Source: a virus | IMG/VR virus record: IMGVR_UViG_3300032288_001980 | Coordinates: 64,001-128,000 of that record | DNA: 64,000 nucleotides | Strand: one strand, 5' to 3' | Part shown: in pieces, positions 46,018-55,783 of the stretch | How positions within the stretch are numbered: position 1 is the stretch's first letter | Layout of the letters: the number at the start of each line of letters is the position of its first letter | Translations under genes and position numbers: made by a program | The notes under the pieces: generated by a model | Told to the model about the DNA's origin: nothing | Database searches by the model: none | Seen by the model: only the letters and a program-made list of their open reading frames with translations

Positions 46018-47087
46018 GTTCGTTAATATATTATAATCAGTTAGACTTATATAAACCGCAATGGTGCTCTAAGTATCCTGAGCTAGATAAATTCAGTGTA
46101 TTCAGTAAAGCATTTAACAGTGGCATAAGCCTTGTAGACCGAACTGGAACTATAAAGATGCCGGTTAATTTAGTTAACAGACATCCTATGCCTGCGCTAC
46201 AACCAAGTGTATATACGTTTGAAGAACTTTGTTATCTAACATGGCAAAAAATTGAACTGCATATAAGAACTACTAAATTAAGACCTGTAATTATGTACAG
46301 CGGTGGAATTGACAGTACTTTAATTGTTAATTTAATGCATACATACGCCAGTAAAGAATTTAAAGAAAGATTGTTAATTATATTAAACAGCAATAGCATA
46401 CAAGAAAATCCTGTACTATACGAAACTGTAATTAAACGAAATTACAAAACAGAAAGTTCTAACAGTTTTGAAAATTATTTCAATCACTTTAATTACGTTA
46501 TTACAGGAGAGTTCGCTGACAATGTATTCGGTAGTTTAACTTTAAAATCTAGCATTGATTTTTTTGCAACCGAGGCCGTTATTACTGGCAACTACAAAGT
46601 ATTTGCATTTGATTTCTTTAACGCTAAAATAAATGATGCAGATAAAACTAATTGGTTCTTGGACCAAATGGAGCAATTGATAAAAACTTGTCCATGGGAA
46701 ATTAAAACATGGGCTGATTACTTATGGTATCAAAACTTTGCAATGAAGTGGCAGGCCGTTGAGTTTAGAATTATGAGTCATAAAAATGATTCATTAATTG
46801 TCAATGACGAATTCTTGAATAAGCATGTATGCCATTTCTGGGCTAGCGAAGAATGGCAACAGTGGAGTATAAACAATCCTGATAAGAAAATTAAAAATAC
46901 GTGGGTAAGTTATAAGTTCCCTGCTAAAGAACTTATCTATAAATTAAGCAAGGACAGTGACTATCTTGAACGCAAAACTAAATTTCCTAGCTTGCCTGGT
47001 GTATTTAGATATCGAAGAGTTAATAACTTTATTACAGATAAGTTTGAATTTGTAGATGACATTAAAATAGAGGATTATCTATGTTAA
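46014..47087 (+). CDS. Asparagine synthetase-like PP-loop enzyme
   Basis: MYSGGIDST, ITGEFADNVFG (compare AsnB SGEGADELFG), HFW, YKFPAKELI, RKTK. Confidence 0.65.
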   Translation: MSSLIYYNQLDLYKPQWCSKYPELDKFSVFSKAFNSGISLVDRTGTIKMPVNLVNRHPMPALQPSVYTFEELCYLTWQKIELHIRTTKLRPVIMYSGGIDSTLIVNLMHTYASKEFKERLLIILNSNSIQENPVLYETVIKRNYKTESSNSFENYFNHFNYVITGEFADNVFGSLTLKSSIDFFATEAVITGNYKVFAFDFFNAKINDADKTNWFLDQMEQLIKTCPWEIKTWADYLWYQNFAMKWQAVEFRIMSHKNDSLIVNDEFLNKHVCHFWASEEWQQWSINNPDKKIKNTWVSYKFPAKELIYKLSKDSDYLERKTKFPSLPGVFRYRRVNNFITDKFEFVDDIKIEDYLC

Positions 47088-47719
47088 ACAATGTTGCATA
47101 TCAGTTAACTGTTGACGATTTGCCCCGCATTTTAGAAATTTATAAAACTAGAAATTCTAATTTGAAAGTTAAAATAACAACAACGTTAGATCAATATTTT
47201 CAAAAAGCATTCGAAGTTGCATGTAGTAATCGACTAGGTCATAGTGCATGGGGTTACAAAAATGACAAGGGCGAACTTATAATGTTTGCTACACGTAGTC
47301 ATTGGTCTAGTATGCCTTATGCCACTATAGGAAATGTCTTTATTGACTCTGAAAATTCTTTTTTTGGATTAAACAAAAAAGGCCTAATGACAATGAATCA
47401 GTTTTTAACTGATATTTTTTATGACAGTGCAATAAATCATCAACGGTATGTATCTTATATGGCGCGAACATATAAAGATGCTGTAGTTTCTATTAAAAGC
47501 ATTAAGCGAACAGAACAAGATAGAAACTTGATATTTAAAATGGGATTTGTTGAAATTATTCCTCCTTATAATAGAGCTAAATTTGAATTTGGTAGTAATA
47601 TATTAGGAATACTTGAAGGTAGGAATCCCGAACCTGTAATTATACGTAACTGGACTCTGGAGCCCAATCAAATACCTGCACTTGCCAGATTAAAGAATTA
47701 TGAATTTGTTATTAACTAA
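47081..47719 (+). CDS. Hypothetical GNAT-like protein, paralogue of 42440..43057
   Basis: LTVDDLPRILEIY, AWGY..D.GEL, KGL, IIPPYNRAKF. Confidence 0.5.
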   Translation: MLNNVAYQLTVDDLPRILEIYKTRNSNLKVKITTTLDQYFQKAFEVACSNRLGHSAWGYKNDKGELIMFATRSHWSSMPYATIGNVFIDSENSFFGLNKKGLMTMNQFLTDIFYDSAINHQRYVSYMARTYKDAVVSIKSIKRTEQDRNLIFKMGFVEIIPPYNRAKFEFGSNILGILEGRNPEPVIIRNWTLEPNQIPALARLKNYEFVIN

Positions 47720-47740
47720 ATATACAACTTGGAGAATATT

Positions 47741-48049
47741 ATGAGCATTAAAATTATCACTATTATGAAGCGTCCCAGCGAAGATATTGAGTTTTTCTTT
47801 CTGAAGTACAAGGACCATCCTGTTATGACACAAATGAGAATGAATGCCATGGAGCATCCAGGATTTGTGGGCACAAAGGTAGAAATAAGCGAAGACCGGT
47901 TAACTAGTACAGTTACCATGGAGTTTACCAACGACAACGATTTAAGGTCTTTTGTTAATGCCAACGAAGAACTACTAGTTCAACGCGGTATGCTAATGGA
48001 CGAATGGGTAACTGCAAATAACTGTCAGTTTGACGTTTATATTGGTTAA
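47741..48049 (+). CDS. Small hypothetical protein (possible dimeric alpha/beta barrel)
   Basis: TAAATA at 47717-47722 and GGAG RBS; alternating strand/helix pattern. Confidence 0.6.
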   Translation: MSIKIITIMKRPSEDIEFFFLKYKDHPVMTQMRMNAMEHPGFVGTKVEISEDRLTSTVTMEFTNDNDLRSFVNANEELLVQRGMLMDEWVTANNCQFDVYIG

Positions 48050-48870
48050 CGTTTAAAGCCAATAATCATAAACCTATGCCAGCCTGCATAGGATATAGAG
48101 CCAGAATAAACAATGTCAATGTCATGGCATTGTTTTTCAAATTCCTCAAGAGTTTCTACACAATTAACATGATCCTGCATCTCAAACATATTATTTGTTT
48201 GAAGTAGTAATAATTTTCCTGTAGGTATCATATCTAACCATGCTTGAAAGTTGGCTACATGCTCGCATATTGTATTGACAATTGTGTCATGGACTGAATA
48301 ATCAACTGTATAGATATCATGATCGACAGCCAAGTACTTTCCTTTACTAGCTAAATCTAAATTTAAAATCATACCAGCACGATTAGCAACATCATCTATA
48401 TCGTAGCTTATAACTTTTGAATTATCATTGGCTTCTATTAATATAATTCGGGCCAGCGTTCCTATCCAGCCTCCACATAAGCATATAGTACCCAAGTCGT
48501 AAGACTTTAGTTGCTCTGCGGCCCAGATTTTACTTTGTACTTGAAACCTACTTAGGCCGTCTCGCCAGTTGACTTCGGGAAATTCTTTTATAGCTGTTTG
48601 TAAATTACTTAATAGAGTAGCATCAACTGTATGAGTCGCTAAAAATAACTCTATTAGTTTATCTACGTTATCCAAGTCATTTGCCAGTCTGTCAATAATA
48701 GCAGATGTCTTTGTTCTTATCATGTAAGGAACACTGTCAATTACTGCTTGTTTATTTTCTTCGCTGGCATGATGCACATAGTCGTAAATCATCTTAAACA
48801 ACGGTTTGTTTATTTGAACTCTTTTGTATTCATCGAGCCCGTATAATAAGTCTTTACTTTGCAGATTCAT
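48046..48870 (-). CDS. Class I SAM-dependent methyltransferase-like protein
   Basis: LCGGWIGTL, VISYDID, HDIY, VNTICEH. Confidence 0.65.
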   Translation of the reverse strand: MNLQSKDLLYGLDEYKRVQINKPLFKMIYDYVHHASEENKQAVIDSVPYMIRTKTSAIIDRLANDLDNVDKLIELFLATHTVDATLLSNLQTAIKEFPEVNWRDGLSRFQVQSKIWAAEQLKSYDLGTICLCGGWIGTLARIILIEANDNSKVISYDIDDVANRAGMILNLDLASKGKYLAVDHDIYTVDYSVHDTIVNTICEHVANFQAWLDMIPTGKLLLLQTNNMFEMQDHVNCVETLEEFEKQCHDIDIVYSGSISYAGWHRFMIIGFKR

Positions 48871-50938
48871 AGTTTAACCATTGAGTATGCAACCAATCAT
48901 AATCGTTAATCATGTTTATAGAATCTTTGTTATTTTGTATCCAATCTCTGCCAGCACACGCACCTGCAACGGCATAGTCGCCGTTACTTACACCTAGATT
49001 AACGGTACACCATGTTTGTAATCGTTGATCGGACTCGCTGTCAATTTGGTTTTTAATTACTTTACTAGCCAGTTTTGCCGCTTCCCTGAATCCACTGCGC
49101 CATGCAGTTTCTGGATCACAATTAAATTCTGTAGTACCTATAACTCTTGGTATAACTTTAAATCCTGCACCTATACTAGTAGCCAAGTCAACACGCCAGT
49201 CAGTTGCATTTTTTAATAATTTGGTAGGGAATAGTTTTACACCACCGTAGCCATAAGTTAAACCGTTAACCGGATTCTTAACGTGCCACACATAGACTAC
49301 ATTTCTATCATGCGGCTTTGGATATAAGTCAAAAGCAAAGCTACCTTCGACTACACAATCTGCATCTACTAGATAAAACATATCTGTAGTAACTACATTG
49401 GCAGCGGCCTTATGTGCTTCTAATATTCCTTTGACCCCGTCAACTCTATGTAACTTGGATTTATTATGAATTAATTTTTCTAGCTTTGCATAGTTACTGT
49501 CTGCATAAGGCTCGTTATTGCTCAAAAATACAATGTCAAATTCTTCCTCGGTACACCCGTGCTCAAAACATTTTATAGCACCACGTTTAACTTTATCTGT
49601 GAGCTCTATGCCTTGTGGCACTAGATAACATCCTGCCCATTCAGTTACTCTGCCTGTTTTAGGATTAGTCATTGTAAACACATGAACTTTATCTTCGTTA
49701 CCGCGGCCAGGCATAAACTTTTTATTCCACTGGGGCACTGGTATGCAATTTTTATCAAAATGCCAATATAGTTTTGTATCACCGGGCCCGATGCTCCACT
49801 CAGTCATAAAGGGTCTAGCGTAACCTTGTTCTTTGTATCCTTGAGTATTTGTTACATAGGAAACTTTAACTCCGTACTTTTTATCTGTACCTTCACAGTA
49901 CCAAACGTGCAAGAATTGTAAACTATCATAACTGGGAACAAATTTGTTTGTTACATTAGACCAATCATATAATTGAAAATCCGGATTGACTTGTATTTTT
50001 GGTTGGAGATTTAACTCTATCTCACCCATGTCTAGCTCACCTGTTATAGAATCACTGGGTGTTAGCCTGACTGCCCAAATTCTTTCACCGGGGGGTGTAT
50101 GACTAGAATCCAAATACCAAGTATGGGTTAGATTCATCTTATCTGCTAGCGGTCTATAGTTATACTCAAAGTTTTTGAAGTTAATGTTTTCAAACAAAGG
50201 ATTGGTTTCCCATTTCATATTATCATAGAAATTTAAAACGTTTAACGTGCCTTCTACAACTGTGCCTACAAAGTGCTGTGGCTCTAAACTATATGCCCAT
50301 ACATCGTAATTTGGTAGTTCGACATCTCCTGCCAAATTCCATACATGTCTATATTTTCCCTGGCTATAGTGAAAGTTATTAGTATTGTCTATGCCTGAGT
50401 ATATGCTGTCAGGGAGACTTGTATTTTTTATTAATTTAAACTGATTTTTTGCAGTTTTATCTACAATTTTTAATCCTTGCGGGTCTGAAATATAAGAAAT
50501 TCGTACAGCTTCAATGTCTTCGCCGTCTGTAATAGCAGGGTCAAACAGCCATATATGTTCATATTTCAAATCGTAAGTTGGCGGTAAAAAGTCTACCATT
50601 TGTTTAATGTCAGCATTATAGTATGTGCTAACAGTTATTCGACGTTTTGGTTCTGTTATGTACTGAACATAGCCGCCGTCCCATCTAGCAGGAATTAATT
50701 TTGCTAACCAAAAACTTCTGTCGGGCCAAATCCATATATGTAGATTTTTAGACTCGTAGCCGATCGGAGAAAAGCCCCAATCAAAGTTTTCAAATACTTC
50801 TAAATCTTGTATTTCTTTATTGACAAACCAAGTAGTTTGTCCGTTAGTCATAGCCGATAACTCTTGATCAGTAAAAGGCCTGTCAACAAATACTACTGGA
50901 AATTTACTTATTTGTGTAATGCTGTCTAAATCTGTCAT
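48854..50938 (-). CDS. Multidomain protein: degenerate N-terminal repeats plus C-terminal GT-A glycosyltransferase-like domain
   Basis: FDIVFLSNNEP, GVKGILEAHKAAA, YLVDAD (DxD), YGYGGVKLF; recurring H-x-W units in the N-terminal part. Confidence 0.7.
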   Translation of the reverse strand: MTDLDSITQISKFPVVFVDRPFTDQELSAMTNGQTTWFVNKEIQDLEVFENFDWGFSPIGYESKNLHIWIWPDRSFWLAKLIPARWDGGYVQYITEPKRRITVSTYYNADIKQMVDFLPPTYDLKYEHIWLFDPAITDGEDIEAVRISYISDPQGLKIVDKTAKNQFKLIKNTSLPDSIYSGIDNTNNFHYSQGKYRHVWNLAGDVELPNYDVWAYSLEPQHFVGTVVEGTLNVLNFYDNMKWETNPLFENINFKNFEYNYRPLADKMNLTHTWYLDSSHTPPGERIWAVRLTPSDSITGELDMGEIELNLQPKIQVNPDFQLYDWSNVTNKFVPSYDSLQFLHVWYCEGTDKKYGVKVSYVTNTQGYKEQGYARPFMTEWSIGPGDTKLYWHFDKNCIPVPQWNKKFMPGRGNEDKVHVFTMTNPKTGRVTEWAGCYLVPQGIELTDKVKRGAIKCFEHGCTEEEFDIVFLSNNEPYADSNYAKLEKLIHNKSKLHRVDGVKGILEAHKAAANVVTTDMFYLVDADCVVEGSFAFDLYPKPHDRNVVYVWHVKNPVNGLTYGYGGVKLFPTKLLKNATDWRVDLATSIGAGFKVIPRVIGTTEFNCDPETAWRSGFREAAKLASKVIKNQIDSESDQRLQTWCTVNLGVSNGDYAVAGACAGRDWIQNNKDSINMINDYDWLHTQWLNYESAK

Positions 50939-51608
50939 ATAACCACTCGAAATCATTAACTCGTTTAAGTGCTTCTAGATTGTTTTTATTTTCGGTGCCG
51001 TACTGTTTTCCAGCAACAGCACCAGAGATCGCTTCTTTGGCATAATTGCCTTCGGCGATAGTACACCATGTATCTAAACGTTGTTTAGTAATGTCATCAT
51101 CACTAATTATACCACTGGCCAGTTTAGTACACTCTCTGAACGCACTACGCCATGTACTAAAAGGATCAGTGTTGAATTGCGTTATGTTGCTTATTTGTTC
51201 TTTGCTGACAAACTCTGCCCCCATACTAGTAGCAAGATCAACACGCCATTCTTTAATGTTTAATAATAAATCTTTTCGAAACAGTTTTACGCCGCCATAT
51301 CCATACACTAGATTGTTTACAGGATTTTTACTAGTCCAACAAAATACACAATCAGTTGACGGTATTCTTCCGTAGATTAATTCGGATACAGTTGGACTGT
51401 AGTCAAAGTAAAAATCATCAACTATATAAGCATCTGCATCTACAACATAAAAATGACTAGTCATGCTTTTTCTTGCGGCAGCTTGATGTGCTTCTAATAT
51501 TCCTTTGACCCCCGATACTCTTTTTGCATGAGGAGCATACTCTAATAATCTCGAGTAGTTTGCTTCTGCATTAGGTTCGTTATAACTTAAAAATATAACA
51601 TCAAGCAC
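50904..51608 (-). CDS. GT-A glycosyltransferase-like protein
   Basis: DVIFLSYNEP, YVVDAD, YGYGGVKLF, WRSAFRE; GTG start. Confidence 0.75.
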   Translation of the reverse strand: MLDVIFLSYNEPNAEANYSRLLEYAPHAKRVSGVKGILEAHQAAARKSMTSHFYVVDADAYIVDDFYFDYSPTVSELIYGRIPSTDCVFCWTSKNPVNNLVYGYGGVKLFRKDLLLNIKEWRVDLATSMGAEFVSKEQISNITQFNTDPFSTWRSAFRECTKLASGIISDDDITKQRLDTWCTIAEGNYAKEAISGAVAGKQYGTENKNNLEALKRVNDFEWLYDRFRQHYTNK

Positions 51609-53013
51609 GGCGAGACTCCATATAAAATGGAATTAATTCAGGAAATGTAACCTTGAAATTAGTTCCTCTTCTTTTGTCATGCTCTTCGATAAACAATGCA
51701 AAGTTTCGTCTATCTCTTTTTAATTTTTCTGGATCTAGTTTATGGTTATCTAATAGATGTTTAATTCGTTCGGCTGCATGTAATTCATGCTGATAAAATC
51801 CGTAATGATCCGGATGTTTATGGCCATGTCCTAAATTTTGTTTAATGTAATTGATGCATTCTGTATAACTGGCTTTCATTTCATCATTAGCTATTAAACT
51901 ACTTAAAAAGTCCGGGTGCCTTAAGTAAGGAAAGTCTACATACAAAGGATGTGGTCTTTTTTCGGACCTTAAAATATTTTTATCGTTTTTAATTGCGGCT
52001 ATGTCTTCTAAAAAATGTTTGAACATTGGCAAACTTAATACATTAAATGTCACCATAATAGTAACCGACACATCAGGACATTCTTTAATTATACGTTGCA
52101 CATTTGTGTACCACTGTTTGTAATCCATACCGTGACGAATATAATCGGCCTGGGGACCAAATGTATCTGCACTGGTATAGATATGTAATTTCTTAACCGC
52201 ATTTGCTGTTGTGATTCTTTTTAGTTGTTCTATCGTTTTATCTATAATAGAATCGGGTAAACATAAATTAGTGTTAATTGCAAAATTTAGATTAGGATTA
52301 GGATTGGCTTCTATATAGTCTAAAGTCCTAAACGTGTTCTTGTTCATTAACGGCTCGCCACCGGTAATTCTAAAAGTATGTAAATTGGGATATAACTCGG
52401 GCCACCATTGCCACCAAGCATCTACGTAAGGATTGTCTTCCCTGTCAGGTATTGGCATGCGATCTAATTCTTTAAGGCGCTCTATGTTATTAAATTTAAT
52501 TCCTTGCAGATTATAAGGGCCAAATTTAACTGCTTCTTCCATCCACTTACTACTAATGTCAGGACTGCAATATGAACACTTAAAATTACAGCCGTTACCA
52601 AAACTAACTTCAACGTAAGTAGGAACAGTATTATCCGTTGGATCTGCATTGACAATTTTATGCATGTACGGATAACTCCATTCTTCTGCTGTCTTTAATA
52701 TTCTATCACTAAAGTGAGTACCTTCTGTATCTTCTACACGCCAGCAATAATCACATTCAGTGGGTCTAGTACCTTCGAGCATTTGTGCTCTTAGAGATTT
52801 TTTATATTGTGTATTGTGTAATGCACTAGGGTTTGTTTTTATTTCTTCTAAAGGAATCTTATGTTGCATAGGATGGTGACAACTGTGTGTCATTCCTGTT
52901 TGCAAATGAATAGTTACTTGGGTCCATTTAGCCGCACAAAAGCTAGGACTAACATTATCAATAACTTGTTTAATGTGCCCTAGTCGTTGATTAAAGTAAC
53001 TATAATCACTCAT
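51601..53013 (-). CDS. Radical SAM protein, paralogue of 654..2060 and 3348..4694
   Basis: CNFKCSYC, ITGGEPLM, FCAAKWTQ..HSCHHP..ECDYCW, HDKRRGTNFKVTFPEL. Confidence 0.9.
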   Translation of the reverse strand: MSDYSYFNQRLGHIKQVIDNVSPSFCAAKWTQVTIHLQTGMTHSCHHPMQHKIPLEEIKTNPSALHNTQYKKSLRAQMLEGTRPTECDYCWRVEDTEGTHFSDRILKTAEEWSYPYMHKIVNADPTDNTVPTYVEVSFGNGCNFKCSYCSPDISSKWMEEAVKFGPYNLQGIKFNNIERLKELDRMPIPDREDNPYVDAWWQWWPELYPNLHTFRITGGEPLMNKNTFRTLDYIEANPNPNLNFAINTNLCLPDSIIDKTIEQLKRITTANAVKKLHIYTSADTFGPQADYIRHGMDYKQWYTNVQRIIKECPDVSVTIMVTFNVLSLPMFKHFLEDIAAIKNDKNILRSEKRPHPLYVDFPYLRHPDFLSSLIANDEMKASYTECINYIKQNLGHGHKHPDHYGFYQHELHAAERIKHLLDNHKLDPEKLKRDRRNFALFIEEHDKRRGTNFKVTFPELIPFYMESRRA

Positions 53014-54010
53014 TATCAGATCCTACACCTTTTAATACAGCATCTTCTCTAATCATTGGTCCCAACCTATTAGGATTAACATACGTTGCTTTAAAAAACT
53101 TGCTAGCATCTTCGTCTAAGTCTGCTAGTTCTAAACCTAGTTCTTGTTTTAGAATAACGCCCAATCGTTTTGTCTCTTCTAATAACTTAGTAGGATTCCA
53201 ACTGTAACCGCTACGAGGACAAGACATACCTTGTCCTACAAACTTAGGAGCTACTTCTTTGGCCCAAAACTCGTCGTGCCATTCAAAGTCTCTGACATTA
53301 ACAAAATCAAATTCATCTCGTTTCATGTTTGTTAAATAACAACCCAGTCTAGTCCCATATACTGCCCATTCCCCGTTGGCTACGTCTGCGCCCACGCTGG
53401 CCCATACTAAAAGTCTTTGATAATTTTTATAATGTACTGCTTGTTTAAATCGCCTAGGGTCCACTGTTACTCCGCGTTCCAGGCCTAACTTAACACCTTC
53501 TCTAAAGCCTGCTCTATATGCTTGATAAGGAGTAGCATTGTTCATCACGTCACTATAAACATTATTCATCTGAACATAATTAATGTTCCAGCAAAAGTCC
53601 ACTTGGCTTTCTGGAGTATCAGAAGCTTCATGGCTTTTCATTTGTTCGACTACGTGCTTGGGCCAGCACTTGATACCACCATTGCCGTAGACTAAGCCGT
53701 TAACAATATTCTTTCCTGCCCAACTAATCACATCACTGCGGTCAATTTTACGCATGTCAATTTGAATGTTCATAAAGTCTTCGCGAACAATGTTATCTGC
53801 ATCAATAGTAATGAATCTTTCAGTGTTACACAATGCGGCGGCGGCTTTATGGCAAGCATCACTGCCTTTAACTCCGTGACTACGTTGCGCCCATGGAATT
53901 TTTGTTAACAAGTCTGCATAATTTTCGTCTGCATTTGGCTCGTCATAACTCATGAACACTACATCAAATTCTGTAATAGGTACTAGCATTAATTTCTTTC
54001 TATTGTCCAA
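53006..54010 (-). CDS. GT-A glycosyltransferase-like protein
   Basis: FDVVFMSYDEP, ITIDAD, YGNGGIK, YRAGFREG. Confidence 0.75.
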   Translation of the reverse strand: MDNRKKLMLVPITEFDVVFMSYDEPNADENYADLLTKIPWAQRSHGVKGSDACHKAAAALCNTERFITIDADNIVREDFMNIQIDMRKIDRSDVISWAGKNIVNGLVYGNGGIKCWPKHVVEQMKSHEASDTPESQVDFCWNINYVQMNNVYSDVMNNATPYQAYRAGFREGVKLGLERGVTVDPRRFKQAVHYKNYQRLLVWASVGADVANGEWAVYGTRLGCYLTNMKRDEFDFVNVRDFEWHDEFWAKEVAPKFVGQGMSCPRSGYSWNPTKLLEETKRLGVILKQELGLELADLDEDASKFFKATYVNPNRLGPMIREDAVLKGVGSDNE

Positions 54011-54978
54011 TGTAATCTTAAATTAGTATTATCAAATATGAGCCCCATATTTTGATATCCTTTAACATAGTCAATGGTATATGTTTTACCATTGGCCACT
54101 TCGTTGGGTGGTATACCAAATGTGCCATAGTATTGACTGGGGTCATTATGTTTGATCATATGTACTGCCAAAGTATCATAAAATCTTAACTTATTTGGAT
54201 CCTTAAGATTACTTGTAATAATAACACCTTTATCTGTAAATTTCAACCTTAGGTGACAGTCTTCGTTGTTAGAGCACTCAGCGGTATTAATACTATAAAC
54301 ACACCCGCCAGAGAATGGCGTTATAAATTGTTTGGTTTGCCAACTCCAAGAATACGAATGAAAAAAACGTTTGGTCCATACTATTAATCGATTTAACTTG
54401 TCTTCGGTAAGCCAGTCTAAATTAAAATTTAAACGTTTATTAAGAATATCGTTAGGTTTGCATAATATAGTTTCGTATATGTTGTTTGGATCGTATTTGT
54501 CTACTATATAAAATACAATATCCTCGTCAGACTGTGCAAATATTCTTTCTGTACTCATTGCCTTAAGCAAGTTTTCCAAAGAAGACCTATTAACTGCTAC
54601 TTCTAATTGTTTGGTGTTTAAATGAAAGTTTAAGTTAACTTGATCTTCGTAGTCAGCTTCTGATTTGAAGGGAATGCCATACAAATTGTCGCTGTCAGAA
54701 TGCAACTTTCTTAAGAAAGTGTCTTTCTTAAAAAGCCCTTTTGTGTCTTGAGATTTATCAAATGCTACGATATAATCGTTTTCACTTGCATTTGAATCTA
54801 ATATATTTTTTATATGCTCGTTAAATTCGGGTACTAGTATATACTCACCTTGTGGCAAAGGTTGTAACTGTATCTTGTCTATGGCGCCGTTTTCAGGATT
54901 ATAATAAACAAAATACTCAATAGGAGCAACTTCTGTTTGTTCAAACAACGATGCAAATTCTGTTAGACTGTTATGCAT
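53989..54978 (-). CDS. Hypothetical protein
   Basis: 329-aa ORF in a chain of overlaps. Confidence 0.7.
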   Translation of the reverse strand: MHNSLTEFASLFEQTEVAPIEYFVYYNPENGAIDKIQLQPLPQGEYILVPEFNEHIKNILDSNASENDYIVAFDKSQDTKGLFKKDTFLRKLHSDSDNLYGIPFKSEADYEDQVNLNFHLNTKQLEVAVNRSSLENLLKAMSTERIFAQSDEDIVFYIVDKYDPNNIYETILCKPNDILNKRLNFNLDWLTEDKLNRLIVWTKRFFHSYSWSWQTKQFITPFSGGCVYSINTAECSNNEDCHLRLKFTDKGVIITSNLKDPNKLRFYDTLAVHMIKHNDPSQYYGTFGIPPNEVANGKTYTIDYVKGYQNMGLIFDNTNLRLHWTIERN

Positions 54979-55783
54979 ATACAGCTAATATCCTATTGTA
55001 AATATCTTCGTTGACCCAATTTTTTGTGTAATGCCAAATTCCAGATTGTATATAATTTTCAACTTTAATTGTGCTGTTATCTAATATCCAAGAATTTAAA
55101 AATTTAAACCATTCTAAATTAGCCCAAGACATGCTGGCGGTGTTTTCCTCTTGTTTGCTTAATGTAGTTAATTCTAAACCTGTTGTATAGAAAACATCTG
55201 ATAATTTTAATGCTAGGCTAAATGCTACATTGAATTTTAATGTTAGCTTGTCGTCGATTGAATATTCTTTTAAGAATTGTTCTTTGAATTGTCTCCAAAA
55301 AGTAACTATTCGATGTGTTAGTTTTGTCAGTTCCATAAAGTCATTGGTCTTTTTGTACAGTATGGCATTGGTCCAAACATCTGGTAAATTATTTCTAACG
55401 ATAATTTTTCTTTGCTCGTACAACGGCCTAGTAATTTTACTACCTTTAAAATCTAATAGTTTTTTGTTCAGTACAATATCATGAAAATCTAACCATTGGA
55501 ATATATTAGATATATCAGATAGTATTAACGTATCGCTATATAAGAATAATGTTCGATCGTATAGGCTAGCCGTAAGCCCATCGATTAGTCCACGTTCTAT
55601 AGAATCGACTTTTTCTATTACATGAACATTGTCAAAATATTGCTGATATTTGTCTACTAAGTCTTGACGAGGTACTACAATGCTTGTATTCAGTTGACTA
55701 TTTTTCTTTGCTGTTATGGACAACAATACAGCTTGTCGAACATGCTGTTCGCTGTCTGCATAGGTTATTATTCCATTAGACAT
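54971..55783 (-). CDS. Glycosyltransferase-like protein (GT8-like, degenerate)
   Basis: TLFLYSDTLIL, WTNAILY, GIWHY; similar to 55776..56660. Confidence 0.5.
   Translation of the reverse strand: MSNGIITYADSEQHVRQAVLLSITAKKNSQLNTSIVVPRQDLVDKYQQYFDNVHVIEKVDSIERGLIDGLTASLYDRTLFLYSDTLILSDISNIFQWLDFHDIVLNKKLLDFKGSKITRPLYEQRKIIVRNNLPDVWTNAILYKKTNDFMELTKLTHRIVTFWRQFKEQFLKEYSIDDKLTLKFNVAFSLALKLSDVFYTTGLELTTLSKQEENTASMSWANLEWFKFLNSWILDNSTIKVENYIQSGIWHYTKNWVNEDIYNRILAVYA

Noticed and set aside
41508-47087. PP-loop proteins (SGGIDS) as the missing QueC
   Set aside because: QueC has an N-terminal PP-loop and a C-terminal Cys zinc motif. Here the PP-loop is internal, no such Cys motif is seen, 46014 has an AsnB-like GEFAD motif, and both genes lie about 20 kb from the que genes. 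A profile search would settle it.
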